Below, one piece after another: positions 26,413 through 40,469 of a stretch of DNA of 64,000 nucleotides (position 1 is its first letter; the number at the start of each line of letters is the position of its first letter). The position numbers and the translations under genes are program-made. Under the pieces are notes generated by a model. That model saw nothing but the letters and a program-made list of their open reading frames with translations. It had not been told where the DNA came from and made no database searches. The DNA lies in contig OX597814.1 in the NCBI GenBank assembly GCA_951406725.2, forward strand, positions 118,234,001 to 118,298,000, in the 5' to 3' direction. This stretch comes from Octopus vulgaris. Lineage: Eukaryota.

Positions 26413-26825
26413 ATACCAATATTCCACTGAACTTTTTAATAATTCCTTCTGGAAATTATCTTGAAAATGTATAATATATTTGTTGTAATCTTTTGTGCCC
26501 AATATTTCAATGAACTTGTTAAACTTTTTTATGTTCCTAACATGCTCTTGTCACCAAAGAATGTATATATATGTATTGTAGTACTCTGTGTCAGCCAATA
26601 TTCTGTGCGTGTTTGAATATACAAATACAATACCAATATCTCACTGAACTTTTTAATAATTCCTTCTTGAAACTTTCTTTAACATGTTCCTGAGAATGTA
26701 TATTTATGTTGTAATCTTTTGTGCCCAATATTTTAAGGAACTTGTTAAACTTTTTTATGTCTTTAACATGTCCTTGTTACCAAAGACTGTATATATTTAA
26801 TGTAGCATTTTGTAACAACCAATAA
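26413..26825. repeat. 217-bp tandem duplication
   Basis: ATACCAATA..CACTGAACTTTTTAATAATTCCTTCT at 26413 and 26630; diverged copies. Confidence 0.85.
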
Positions 26826-26975
26826 TTAACGCAACCAAACTTCTACATGTTACTTTTGACAATCTTTTTCCAAAGAGTGAAACTGGTAAAGTAATGAAAC
26901 ATCTTTTAAAATTGCATTTTCAAACCATGTTTCACATATAATTCCTCTGGTGCGGTACCCTACAACTCCACTTTG

Positions 26976-27058
<83 letters not shown>

Positions 27059-27190
27059 TGATATATATAGAGAGATTCAGATGAATATGGTACTTAAGTT
27101 GAGGCACCAGAATTTAGCACAACATTATCCGTACAATTTCAAAGTAAGGTGATTAAAATCAAAATAAGCAACAAGGATATCCAGAGGTAT

Positions 27191-27277
27191 TGCAGTACGA
27201 TCGTTTCATGCAACTCCATTTAATTGAACAATGTAACCATTCCATCAATTTAGAATGTAGAACAATCATCAGCTGCA
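27191..27277 (-). ncRNA. Type I hammerhead ribozyme in TA-adjacent element
   Basis: Minus: TGCAG-CTGATGA-TTGT..GCAT-GAAA-CG AT CG-TA-CTGCA; stem II is weak. Confidence 0.7.
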
Positions 27278-28431
27278 CGAAGACATAAAATTTGATTAAA
27301 TTAGAACAGATGGACTCATTAGTATAATTATACCAAAAATCTCCCAAGAATTTTAAGAGATAGACAAAGAACATGCTATCTCCACTTCAGCATAGAAGTT
27401 ACTAAATCATCAAGAAGACTGCCTGCCACAGATTTTATGGAGTCAGTTTTAATTTATATACTTGTTTATCAAATCCTTGTATATCTAAGGCTGAGACAAT
27501 GAAGGGCAGAATCTGTTCGGGGTAGGGTTGAGGGAGCAGGCAGAAATCATGGTTGGTATAGTTATTAAAAAATCAAGATTTATTAGAAGCAATATCATGA
27601 GGTTTGGTAAAGGAAAATTTAAAACAAGATGTTGGCTGACAACTAAGTGTGCCCAGTAACAGACCATTGATAATGAAACAGGGGAAGTCTTATCATGTAG
27701 TACTATAGTTAAATGCTTTAAACAATTTTGCTATATTGTATACAGATAAAGTTTAGGGCTATTCAGAGGCTTATTATGAAGAATATTTTAACAAAAAGGA
27801 TAGAAATTTATGAGAACTTTTGAGTATATACCAAACGTTTACCACAATAGGGGGAGGAAAATAAATTATCCAGAAATATTTTAATATTTATACATATTGT
27901 ACACTTAAATACTAAGTCATAAGATGGTATCTGTAGATATTGATTAATTGGTATATACTGGTATTAATGAAGGAGTAATGAGGTAAAAGAACATTCTAAT
28001 TATATATTAATAAAATTATAATCTAAGCAGGCTATTTTTATAAATAGTGAATATACCAGTATAGTTTTATATAAGTTAAGATAGTTTAGAGATACAAAGA
28101 TTAGCTTTATATTATGAATACATAAAGTCGAATTATAAAATAATAAAGAAATGAAATAAAATAATCATGTAGCGCAGAACATCATAGAAAAGGAATAAAA
28201 TAGCTTAATTACTAATAATATGGTAAGGTATATGTAGCTTATTAACACCAATAGAGAAGATTTATAGAAAAAGTATCACAATTCAAAATATATTAGACTA
28301 AAATTTATATATTTACTTATTTAGCAAATATCAATAAAAGACTGAAGAAACATTTAAGTTATGGAACATTCATATTTTACACTAATCTTTCTTTATATAA
28401 ACAAAAAAGTTATATTATAGGTTTAGGAAGT

Positions 28432-28482
<51 letters not shown>

Positions 28483-28656
28483 TATATGTATGTAGTAACA
28501 TTGTGATTAATAATATTTACTATTTAAAATTTATTTTATTATGTTTATTTAATTTATAAATTTTTTGATTAATATTTATTACTGTATATTTAAATTTTTG
28601 GTATTTAATTTGGATAACGTCTTTCACTATTGAATTGCTTAATAAATGCTATTCTC

Positions 28657-28708
<52 letters not shown>

Positions 28709-30546
28709 GTATGTATGTATCATGTATGTATGTTTGTATGTATGCATGTATATATGTATGTTTAGATGGTTAGGTGTGGTGTTAAGAAATTGAATATTGA
28801 AATAAAAAGTATATATACATATAAACGCACACACTCACACACATTCCCTGCAAACTAACCACATGATTTATAAGTGCTTGGCTCTTATAATACTTCTACA
28901 TTGGCCTCCTCAAGATTTATTGTCTATATGTTACATATTTAGTTTTATGTCACGTTGTATTGCTATCTCCTTCTCTCTACCTACTTACATATATTTAACA
29001 TTTCTTTAGTACTACGTCTATTGCAATGAACTTACATTTTGTATCTTTTCACATCGTACGCTGTCTGTATCGAACTTCTTATATTCCGAGGCATTTAGGA
29101 TTTTAAAATAAATGTTATTGAAAGCTATCAATGAAATATTTCCATGTTTTGAAATATGGATATAATGTGAAGTATCATAAAACCGAATATAATAGACATC
29201 TCGGGAAAACTATCAGAATATTTTGGAGAATTCTATTAAGTATATATCAATAAATGTTGATATAATTATTTATATAATACATTTGAATGTAAATTCAAGC
29301 TTAAATGGAGATTTAATAGTCCATTTATACACATACACGAACCACATATATATATTATATGTGTGTGTGTCTGTGTTTGCGTATTAATATATATTAATAT
29401 ATATGTATACATACACATGTGTAAATGTATATGCCTTCCTGTACATGCAAACATACATACATAGAAACAACGACATTGAATGAGCCAAACCATTATAGCG
29501 GTTGAATTCTTTACTTAGTGAATCTGGTCGATTGGTTTAACAATTGTCTTGAGATTTCTTCAACACGCATATAACCCATTCATACATCATTGAATTTTAT
29601 CATAAATTCATTGAGCTTATAGAAATGTTGGTTCTGTTGTCCATCATGGGAATGTAAGTAGTATTTCCAAGAATTTAACTGTCACAAAGATTACACGTCG
29701 CTGATGTAGTTTCTGGAAACAATACGTGTGACTGACTACTGCTGCTTGTCTTCTCAGTTATGTGATTCTCATTTTTATTGTGATTGGTCCCCGTGAAACA
29801 TGTCTGTGAATAGATGACTGTGGTTTGCCTGTTCTGATTAAGTTTTAACACGTGGGCGTTGTAAACATTTTTGCAGAACGTAAATATATCTAATGTGGAA
29901 TTTACTGTAAAGATTCATATTCGTTCAATATAACAATAAAACTAAGATTAAAAAGCTCCCATTGATGATAAATAATCATATATGATGAAATTATATACAG
30001 AGGGAATATAATCTCATATATGTTGATAAACATCATTAAGAAGAACCATATTCCATAGTTTGATATTTAATACTGAATATTCTAATATTATTACGAACCT
30101 TCCACTACATATTATATCCAAAATTTCAGAGAAGGTTCCTTGTATTTATAGCCTTGCAATAGAAACCGAGATTCATTGTGATGCACCTTAGCAGATCTGT
30201 GTAAAGGAGAGAAATGCGGATGCCCGTTCTGAATCAGATATCACGATAGCTTTACTCCACCAGAGATAAAAACGATTCAACGAAATTGAGATGGCGGTCT
30301 CATGACTTAGAAGGTAAATCGTTCTAAAATCCAGTACAATGCAACTTACTAAAACTGGAAAATCCTATTAAATAACGTAACCTGATATACACAACTAATG
30401 AAGCATGGATAGGTTGATCCCGGTCGAAAAGTAATTAGTTATAATTTTCTGCTCAGTCAGGGTGGTTATGAAACTAATCAACGTTACAAAACTACTATAA
30501 CAACGACAACTAGATAAATTTCTCTTCAGTTTATATTACCCTCAAA

Positions 30547-30665
30547 TACTCTTTTACTCTTTTACTTGTTTCAGTCATTTGACTGCGGCCATGCTGGAGC
30601 AACGCCTTTAGTCGAGGAAACCGACCCCAGGACGTATTCTTTGTAAGCCTAGTACTTATTCTATA
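30547..30665 (-). mobile_element. SINE 3' tail fragment (family of 54410-54877)
   Basis: Reverse complement matches the tail ..AATAAGTACTAGGCTTACAAAGAA..GCTCCAGCATGGCC..GACTGAAACA.. Confidence 0.75.
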
Positions 30666-30695
30666 TGTCTATCATGGAAAATATTATGGTTGTTT

Positions 30696-31062
30696 TGATC
30701 ATCATCCTTCGACCGGGCCCTTTCCACACTACACGTTCTTCATTGCTGTGTTCAGATCTCTAATATCCAACACTGGAAATTGATATCTGCAAATATCAAT
30801 TTCCTGGAGAAAACACATCCAGAGGGATGCCATAGGAACAGGGATGCGATAACCTCTTTCTATGCTGGATGACAGTGGCCAGCAAATTGTAGCCGCTTCT
30901 GATTTAGCTTTAGTGAGATTAGTATCAGATTTCCGTAGATGTTACTAAGTGTTGGGTGAGAATTGATGTTCTGTATCTTTCTGAGCAGGTTGGTATATAT
31001 TGCATCTAGTCGTTTTTTCTAAGATAGCCGATAAGTTCCAGGTCTCTGATTCATGGAGAAGG
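30696..31062 (-). mobile_element. RTE LINE 3' fragment
   Basis: Minus: LLHESETW..KRLDAIYTNLLRKIQNI..HPTL..IYGNL..KRLQFAGHCHPA. Confidence 0.8.
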
Positions 31063-31585
31063 AAAAAAAAGATGGTCACATAAGCTTGATTGGCAGGGAA
31101 ATAAATACAATCCGACTGATTAAAGCGCAGATTTCTTCATGCATCTTGTATCACATTAACTTCACTCATCAATATCCAGCATATTGCCAGAATATTTAAA
31201 TAATGCCAATACGTAACGATCATTAAAATACAGACGTAAGATTTCGTCTCCGTACCTACTCTATTGCTATTATAATATACCTTATTTCTTTTCGTTTTGT
31301 TTCATTTTTAGTATAACGTATTCTCGTTCAAACACATCAATCAGAAGTTTAAAAAAATACCTGATCTTAGAATGTGATTACTATGAAAAACATTTTATTT
31401 TGTACCTGCAGCTGAAGTTGGAATTTAAAGAGAAAGTAACTTGAACACTTATTCTTTGTGCTTGGTACCTTACGCCATCAGACTTAACATTCTCTGAATA
31501 AACACTATATATAGATATATACACGGAGATATCAAAATGTTCCCGGCTTAGTTATTTAGCACGCCATAAGATAGCTGCATACGGT

Positions 31586-31808
31586 TGCTAAATCAGAAAC
31601 GGCTACAATTTGCTGGCCACTGTCATCCAGCAGAGAAAGAGGTTATCGCATCCCTGTTCCTATGGCATCCCTCTGAAAGTGTTTTCTCCAGGAAACTGAT
31701 ATTTCCAAATACTATATCTCGGGACTCGGGGTTGGATATTAGAGATCTGAACATAGCAATGCAGGACGGTGTAGTGTGGAAAAGGGCTGGTCGAAGGATG
31801 ATGATCAG
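31586..31808 (+). mobile_element. RTE LINE 3' fragment (inverted twin of 30696-30909)
   Basis: KRLQFAGHCHPAEKEVIASLFLWHP..AMQD..VW; near reverse complement of 30696-30909. Confidence 0.8.
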
Positions 31809-31879
31809 TATATTTCCGAGTTATATGAGGATACTAATGAGACAATGAGCAAAAAATCTCTAACTCTCTAAATGGGCCA

Positions 31880-33540
31880 CAACAGTATAGCAAAGGATCC
31901 TATCTCAAGCAAACACTGCCGCTATTATGACAAACTGTAAAACCTTATATAAATATGCAAAAACAATCCGCTTCGGTACATTAAAATATAAGGCTACTGT
32001 TAGAAGAAAATTGCTCGCCGACTGCAGACACCAGAGGACCAGTGAAATACTGAATGTGCATTACAAGAGTGTTTTCATAGCTTCACTGATGAGATCTTCA
32101 GCATCAATAGCTCTACATAAACACATGATAGTTATTGATAACATGAAAATAGAAGGAGCAGATGTAATATCAGCCTTTAATCAAATGAGCTCAAACTCAG
32201 CCACAAGTCCTGATGAATTTTCAGCAATCTTCCTAGAGAAATTCAAAGGGGTTCTAGCTAGACTATTAGAGATTCGTTTTCAGAGTTTCCTCGAAATTGG
32301 GGGACTTCCAAAAATTTCAGAGGAAGCCATATCTCCTATCCATAACGTAGGTAGCAGAGCGGATGCTAAAAATTATAGGCCTGTCTCTCTAACCTCCCTT
32401 ATTAGCAAAGTCTGGAAGGGTATTTTCAGTAGGAAACTGAGTGAGTTCCTCAGCCAAAGGAAGAAGCTGTTTACACAGCTTTTGTAACGTAATGATTGGG
32501 TGTTGAAACGATTAATGAGTCACTCAAACGTGGATGTGATATATCTCGATTTTGCAAAGGCCTTTGATAAATTTGATCACGTGATGGTATGTCACAAGCT
32601 ACGAAGACTCGGTGTAGTCGGAAAACTGGGAGATTTGTTCCATGAATTCTTGAATGACAGAAGTGAGGCTGTGGAAGCCGATGGAGCCCTCTTCAAGGAG
32701 AGAGTAATAGAGAGTAGAATGCATCAGGGAACTGTATTGCAAACGCTAATGTTCATGTGGGCTATTTCAGACATGCCATCACTTACACAGATAATCATAC
32801 TCAATTGCTAAGCCAACAGCACAATAACAGTACAAGCAGTCAAAGAACGTTAAGATATTAATTTTCCACAGGATTACCTAGATGCCATATACAAATGAAC
32901 TGACGAAAACAACATGCAATTTAATGCAGGAAAATTCCAAGCCCTCTACTTCCAGCAAATTGGTGCTCACAAGTCGCAACAACGATACTTTGAATTAAAG
33001 GGAGCGGCAATCCCAGAAGCATGTACAATGCCTGATCTGGGGATTGATATGGTCAACAATGCCTCTATTCCTGTACATATCACCAAGATTGTGGCAATAT
33101 GCAGACGAATTGCCGAATGGATGCTGGGAAAATTTAGAACAAAGGACCAGGTAACTATGCTTGTTCTATAGAGGACTACTCCTCTTTCAACTGTGGTCAT
33201 CATACAGTGTCAAATAAAGAGCAAACTAGAAGCTGTTCAGCGGTGCGACACGAAGTGGGACAACTGAGTTAGTGGGGGAGTGAAAGAGGTACTATTCTAC
33301 GCACTGAAGTGAAGGCGGGAGAGGTATACCAGTGAAAGAGCATGGAGGTGCTAGCACCAAACTTTGGTATAGACAGCTATATTATCCTCCGAACGTCACT
33401 TAACTGTTCCAAATGTCTCAATCAACTGTCTTGGGTAAGAACCATGTATTGCGATAGCGTGGGATTCGAGGGCTCACAAGTATATCAAACGTTTGCTATA
33501 AATCTGAGGGTTCTTCCTACTATTTAAGGTCCCAGGTGAA
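31880..33540 (+). mobile_element. Degenerate CR1-like LINE ORF2 (RT) fragment
   Basis: SPDEFSAIFL; NYRPVSLTSLISKV; VDVIYLDFAKAFDKFDH; MHQGTVL; MQFNAGKFQAL. Confidence 0.88.
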
Positions 33541-34529
33541 CCTATAAAAGGTAGAAAACTGAAAAGAGGGAGGCAGAGTCGAATCTCCTCTTTCACCAAA
33601 AGCCATAAGAATGGCCATTGAAAGGGTCTTTACACTGCCGGTGATCCAGTATGGCAGCAGCCTGAGGTGTGAAAAGTATAAAATAATATATGTCTGTCTA
33701 TATATCACTATCCATCCATGCGTCTGTGTGCGCGCTAGCATGTGAGTGTATGTGTGGTCTTTAAACACACAAAAAATTTCCATTTTCACGTGTATATCTG
33801 AAAGATTCAAATTTCATGAGAGTGTGTGCGCTTGGCTTTGCGTCTGTGTAAGAAACATTCTGCAGAACACTTCTAATCAGAATTATGAGGAAGTAAATGT
33901 TGAAATTGTGTTTGTCACAATACATAACCGTTTTATTGTTTTTTTTCAAATATCACTTCTTCTTTAGATGCTAAGATATATACATGTATGAGAAATTATG
34001 GAAACGAAAATTGCCTAAATAATTCTTTGAGAAGCATTGATAATCCCCTCCACAAAGTAATGAGAAATATTACTGTTCTTTATATTTCGATCGCAGACAT
34101 CACCTCAATGCAATTCAGAATTCACCTGCTGATATTCTATAAATGCTTTTGTACCCATGTTCAAATATTTGTTTTATATAATTCCCTGATATTTCTATTT
34201 ATGAGAATATTATTCTTACGATAATTTGAACTAATAAAGTAATCTGTTCTAAAATATGTTTGATTTATGTAATGTCTCTTCGGAAATAAACGAATATATA
34301 TACATATATGCATACATACTTACATACATATAACATATGTATAAGCATGTGTGAATTTATGAATCGCCAAGGGATCTCTGTATGTGCATAAAAGCACATT
34401 TATGTATAGTAGCAGATGAGAGAATCTTCTGTCATGGACGCCGAAATTCACATAGCACATGGGGTTTAATTTCATTGAAATCATTATTATTATCATATAT
34501 ATATGTATATATATATATGTATATATATT

Positions 34530-34760
34530 TAGTTGAAAAAGACGAAGACAGGTCTATAAAAAACAAACAAGTGTATTAGTTTGACGCCCGGGTTGGTAAG
34601 AAAGTCTTTTACGACATTGAATGAGCCAAACCATTTTTTAACGCCCGGGTTGGTAAGAAAGTCTTTTACGAGCATACGCTCTTTATCAACAGAAAGAAGA
34701 ATGAGGAAATAAACAAAGAGAGAATAAAAAAAAACTTTTGAAGTTAGCCGTCAATCATGG
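34530..34760. mobile_element. PLE-type terminal repeat fragment (family also at ~56800-57000 and 57600-57770)
   Basis: Shared AAAAGACGAA..AACAAACA..TATTAG..ACGC(C/T)CGGG..GAGC(A/T)TACGCTC motifs; next to TA runs. Confidence 0.55.
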
Positions 34761-34853
34761 CGACATATATAAACGTGTGTGAATGTTTGTGCGTGTGTGC
34801 GTGTGAGTGTGTGTATGTATATATATATATATATAAATACATGCATTTATATT

Positions 34854-34896
<43 letters not shown>

Positions 34897-34974
34897 GCAT
34901 GCGTTTATATTCATATATATACATGCATGTATATGTGTGCCTTTGTGGGTACGTCTGTATGTATCTAGTCATGT

Positions 34975-35070
34975 ATGGGTGAAGTCGTGGCCGGGCGGTA
35001 CGAATCTTGCTTTCCAACCGCAAGTTTCGCGATTCATTCACATTGAATGCCACCTAGACTAGTGTCTTCA
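34975..35070 (+). mobile_element. Decayed SINE tRNA-like head
   Basis: GTGGCCGGGCGGTACGAATCTTGCTTTCCAACC..CACCTAGACTAGTGTCTTC resembles the head of the 54.4 kb SINE. Confidence 0.5.
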
Positions 35071-35149
35071 TATATATTTTCTATTTATTTACTATATTTC
35101 TTCTATTTATTTTTTATACGATTTTTTGTAATTTCTATACTGATCCCAT

Positions 35150-36600
35150 CGAATTAGTGGATAATTAACTAATTTCCAGTAATTATTCCGCGACGTTGGT
35201 ATTTATACTGGCTAGAAACGTCTGAAGATCATTTGTGCAGAAAATTAATGTGATCGTATTTTCTGCTTATCTAAAACTATGCATGTCTATGACTGTCTTA
35301 TATGTATTACTACAACTTATATGTAATGGAAGAGCGATTTAGAGTATCAGCTAAGTAGACTTCAGTTTAATGCACGGCCTTGCTTCACAACTTAATCCGG
35401 ATCATGATATTCCTTCGTATAGCTCTTAAAGATGACATTTGTGTAGGACATATACTTTTTGTTTGGTTGTCTAAATCTCTTTGCCGACTTTGCTACATAT
35501 ACAATAATCTTCTTCTATTTTATCCTGTCCAATCTCTTTTAAACTTACGCACTCGTCTTGGAATATGAATACATATTTTTCGAATATTGTTCAAAATTTT
35601 TAACTCATTTATATCATTATTCATGTATGCTATAATTATTTATTATTGGTTAGATGGCTTTTAGATATTTAATCCTGAGCTTTTCATATCGTTGTTATTG
35701 AAGCATGGAGTGTGTTTCTTCCCAGTTTGTCCGTCTCCAGGTACAAATATTATATTACATAAGCCTTCGATTAGATCTAGTTTGTGGTTTTCTTATGTTT
35801 TTAATGTTTCTGCAAGAATTTCACCTGCTCAAGTGATCTTTGCATCTTCCATTTACCATATAGCATTTTCTATTCCTTTTAAGTATTGGACATTGATTGT
35901 CTGTTGTTATCATGAAACAAGTCTTTTATGTATTTCATTCATCTAGACGCTATCTTCAGATGATCAAAATACATATTTCCATTTGTGTCCTTGATGTTAG
36001 TATTTCGTCCACTCATGCAGTTTGCTTTCTCTAATCTCAATTATTTTTACTTACATTTATTTGGATTTATGTTATTTTCTTAAGGTTTTCAACTTCTTGG
36101 CATCGATCACTCACCCATTTCACTTTTGATATTCTACATTCAGAACAGATCGATATATGTAGGTTGTTATAAATATCTTCTACAATGTTTTTGTATTTCT
36201 TTCCTTCAACGTTTATTGATGGAATAACATCTATCATCCACGAATTCTTTTCCATTTCAATTTCAATCAGATGTTTTCTTTAGTGATGTTTACATACAAG
36301 TTACATCTCTTCTATTTATATTCTAAGATATAGTTCTTATACATATATGTATTTTTATTGGGTACCTTGTTTCATAATGTTCTCCTTTGTGCTGTGCTTG
36401 TGTTAGTAAAGTTTAGTTTAATTTGTTTTGTTTAGCGATTTTAATTTTCTTAATTTTAACATTTTCCTCAATAACAAGTGTTTTATCGTCAAACGATTTT
36501 GTCTACTCCAGGAATGTTTTTGCAATCTTCACAGATACTACACTGCGAATGTATTACTGTGGTCCTTGATGTTGTAACCTGCATTCTTCTGAAATTACAA
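35150..36600 (-). mobile_element. Highly decayed RTE LINE (APE end through RT)
   Basis: Minus: SVKIAKTF; KNSWMID..ECRISKVKWVSDRCQEVENL; IKDTNGN..MKYIKDLF; EIENAI..EILAETLK..LCNNIF; VKQGRAL; FR*AENT. Confidence 0.75.
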
Positions 36601-37267
36601 GTTTCTTGATGATACTACACATACACATATCACAAGGAATAGTGATTGATCATCAAATTTTCTAATAAGCGTAAACTTAAACTGAGGTTAGTTTTTAGTG
36701 ACATAAAGAGAAGGCATAGATGGTCATAGAGGTTAGTCACCCTACAAATATAGGGTGACAGACTCTTCCAAAATCAGTGAAAAGGAGACGACTGTTTTGA
36801 AACTTTCAACTCCTCTATCTCGTTTATAAATTTCCGTCCGTAGGAATAATCATTGATGGATAGAGTTAAGATAGTGACTGTGTTAATCACAATCTAATGA
36901 AGGTAAGAATTGAAGCAAAAGAGGTAGGCGTAGAAAAACGCATACCTTAGAAATATAATCTGCGATTTGCAGAATAAAAGCAAGACACAGACAATGTACG
37001 ACATGTAATGTCATATGCTGTTCTTATCAAAACTCCAATGACAGAGCGTTTGTTACTTTGCTGGAAACCACCTAATATTTCGAGAAGGAATACCTATAAC
37101 TAAGAACATTACACACAAACACACACTCAAAGGCAGAGAGCGGGGGTGGCAAGACACACACACACACACATTGACACATATTATATGTATGCAAACAAGC
37201 AAATATTTACATATGCATATACACTTATGTGCAATCGTTATATATGAATATACTGTTTGTAAGTATG

Positions 37268-37356
<89 letters not shown>

Positions 37357-37376
37357 TAATTATAATTAAGGGCAAG

Positions 37377-37908
37377 GGCATAGAAAAAGGTATGACTATA
37401 TGCTGAAAAAGACGCTAAATCGTCTACGCATTTTAAATCATCACATATTACACGCATGCTGAAATCGAAGGAGTAAGCTGACAGAAGTTCATAAAATAAT
37501 ACAATTGGTTTTGGATTGCTCAATTTCTGGATTAGTCTAATGGCTTTTCCTCATCAGCAAAGCATATTTGGGGAAATAAATGAGATATTTATACGTACAC
37601 ACAGTAAAATATAACGGAAAGCTGCGATTATAAATAAGTACCACAAATACATTCATATCGAGTTTCGGCTTTGTGTTTTGCTTTCCAGTAGGTATGTATA
37701 ACTATCTCATTTATTTCTCCAAGTATGCTTTGCTGATGAGGAAAAGTCATTAGATTAATCCAGAAATTTATCAATCCAAAACTAATTGTATTATTTTATG
37801 AATTTCTGTAAGCGTACTCCCTCGATCTCAACAAGTTTATAATATGTGATAATTTAAAGTGGTTGTACGATTAACCGTCTCAGAATTTAGGCATTATTTT
37901 TCTATGCC
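37377..37908. mobile_element. TA-embedded inverted repeat (~210-bp arms) with an HHR in each arm
   Basis: Arms 37377-37587 and 37703-37908 are diverged reverse complements; TA runs on both sides. Confidence 0.8.
37510..37561 (-). ncRNA. Minimal type I hammerhead ribozyme
   Basis: Minus: TTTG-CTGATGA-GGA..TCC-a-GAAA-TTG AG CAA-TC-CAAA; the plus-arm copy at 37729-37780 has a degraded stem III. Confidence 0.65.
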
Positions 37909-38023
37909 ATTGATTATAACTATATATATATATATATATATGTATATGAATTCACCTTAATTGGTCTATTATATATATTCTGGCCACTGATAAAATTTTA
38001 ACAACTTTATGCTTTATTACTTT

Positions 38024-38107
<84 letters not shown>

Positions 38108-40469
38108 TGTTTAAAATTATTAAACCTCTTTCTTTAAAGAAATGATGAAATTTCGTCATTAATATTTTTTATATATGAAGTTTAGGTTGACCGACAACAT
38201 CATTATCATCAATTCGAGACTAAGGTCAACATTCATTATCATGAGAATATTTCTGTAGCAGAAATACAGATCCACACATCCCATTTCCTAAATAGCATAC
38301 TGAAAACCTTGACCGTACAACCTATGTGTTCGTAATTTTACTCGTATTCCATTGATTTGTGAGTTCCTCGTTATTCCCTTAACGTGTATACTAAGACACA
38401 ACATGCAGGCTGAAGCACGCCTTGTAGAATGAGATACGCCGAAGAGAGTCTCGAATAAGAAATACATCTGACAGAAAGCACTTTACAGTGGTAGATTTAT
38501 ATCACTCATGATACACCTGACGTTTTATATCATTGTGTGCATTTCTTCCACTTTACGAATTTATGCACATTCGCCTTAGCCGTAGTTATAATTCTTTCCC
38601 TGATCCAATGTAAGTATGAGATTGCTGAAATAATCGACTCTATCTCTTTACATTTTAAATTGGTTTCTTCCTTGTCAGAAAGAATGAAAATTTAGAATGT
38701 GCGTTGAACGATATAACGCATAAAGCTATCGAAATTTCAATGGTGCCTTGACAAGAAACATAATTGAGCGAGAATGCACAATATAACTCTCTTAAGAGAA
38801 TTCTATATCGCATCAATTTAAATAAATTTACTGGAAAAAATTTCTAAACCATGGCATGTTGGAAATTGCTTCCGTTATTTCTCATTGGATTACACTTTAT
38901 ATTACAGAATACATATGTTCATTGCTCATTGTGCAATTTGATGTAAAAACGTCACAGTGTTTATTTGAAAAACTTCCTTACTTTACATTACGTACTTTAC
39001 ATTTTGATGCGCGACGATTTATTTCACAAATATTCGCAAACAACAAATTGCAGCGGTGTATGGAGAAACATTGAACTTGTCGCTATAGATAAAATGCACA
39101 TATATCATATTTATGTTGCACATGTACCGCAACATCTAAACTACCATATAATTTTCTGGTGATTCGATAAAAAGAATCTAATTCGTCATCTATGTTCATA
39201 TTAATCATATGTAACGCAGTGATAATATCATTTGCCGTTAGATACATCGATTTTTTTCCTCTCAGTTGCGATGTCATAAATCTGTAGGAGCAATTTAGGA
39301 AGGCGGAGATGTAAACACATACATCGAGTGAGGGATGCGCAACGGTAAATAAAACTGAAAAACAGAAAACGATATTAGAAGTGATTATTTTATTTAAACT
39401 ATATGCAGAAGAAAATAAATATAATGAAATTGAAGACACGCTTTTCATTATTTCCTTTATTACAATTCAGATTTCTTTTATTGTCGTTAACATGATTATA
39501 TGAAGATACAGACCTCATAATCACTCAATCTAAGAACCGAAATGGTTTTCATATGTACCATACCTTTAAATGTAAGATATATAATAATTCTGAAAGATAG
39601 ATGTATACTGAAGATGTATTATAAAGTACACACGATAAATATACACGCAATTTATTGTTAATGTTTCCATGAGTGAAATACCAGAATCGTTTGAATGCCG
39701 CCGAAATACGTTGCAATGCTCGTCCTACGTCTTTACGTTCAGAATTCAAATCCAGTGGCAGATAACTTTGCCGTTCCATCATCTGTATTTCAAAAGAGTA
39801 TAGCCGCATATAAGAATAGGAACCGACATTATTTGCTAAGTACATATCTTAAAATATGGTTCTAATATGATTTAAATAGGAAAAATACTGTGAATCACCT
39901 GAAGAGGAAAATTTATACTGCATATATTACATATGAAATATATGCATGTCATTACTATTGAGAATATTCAAGCTGAATATGATATAAAATTGTTGTTTGC
40001 AGAAATTAATTATTTAAATGTTGAAACCAGAAAATCTCTATGCATGTGTAACAAAGGTGGAAATAAAAACCAGCTTCTTCGTTAGATGCAAATTATCAGA
40101 CAATAGTGGATGTGTGATGTCATTTACAATTCGTCGGTCGAATCTGTTTTACAAAATTCAGTGAATGATAGGTTAAACTTTATGAATTACTTTGCATTAT
40201 AATGTCACAAAACCATAATTTATTGATTTGGTTCAACTGAAACAGTTTGCAAAAATGATTATTGTAGTTTTGAGAAAGACACAATGTATAAATTGCATGA
40301 CAGAACTTATCACCTAATGACAAACGACAATTTCTTCTGTTGAAAAGAATATTTGCTGTCAGCAAGTTTGCTACAAACTTCCTCAATTCAAGTAAAGAAT
40401 TTGTGACGAATTTATTTTTCAGTGTTGCTTCATTCAGATCATCATCATCATCATTATCATTATTATTAC

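Noticed and set aside
36736-36759. Short palindrome GTCACCCTA-caaata-TAGGGTGAC (possible Tc1-like TIR junction or terminator)
   Set aside because: No partner TIRs identified; bacterial terminator logic does not apply here
38200-40440. Unique-looking DNA with short ORFs (possible host exons)
   Set aside because: No recognisable protein similarity or convincing splice structure; ORF recurrence at 49.5 kb is only due to the duplication
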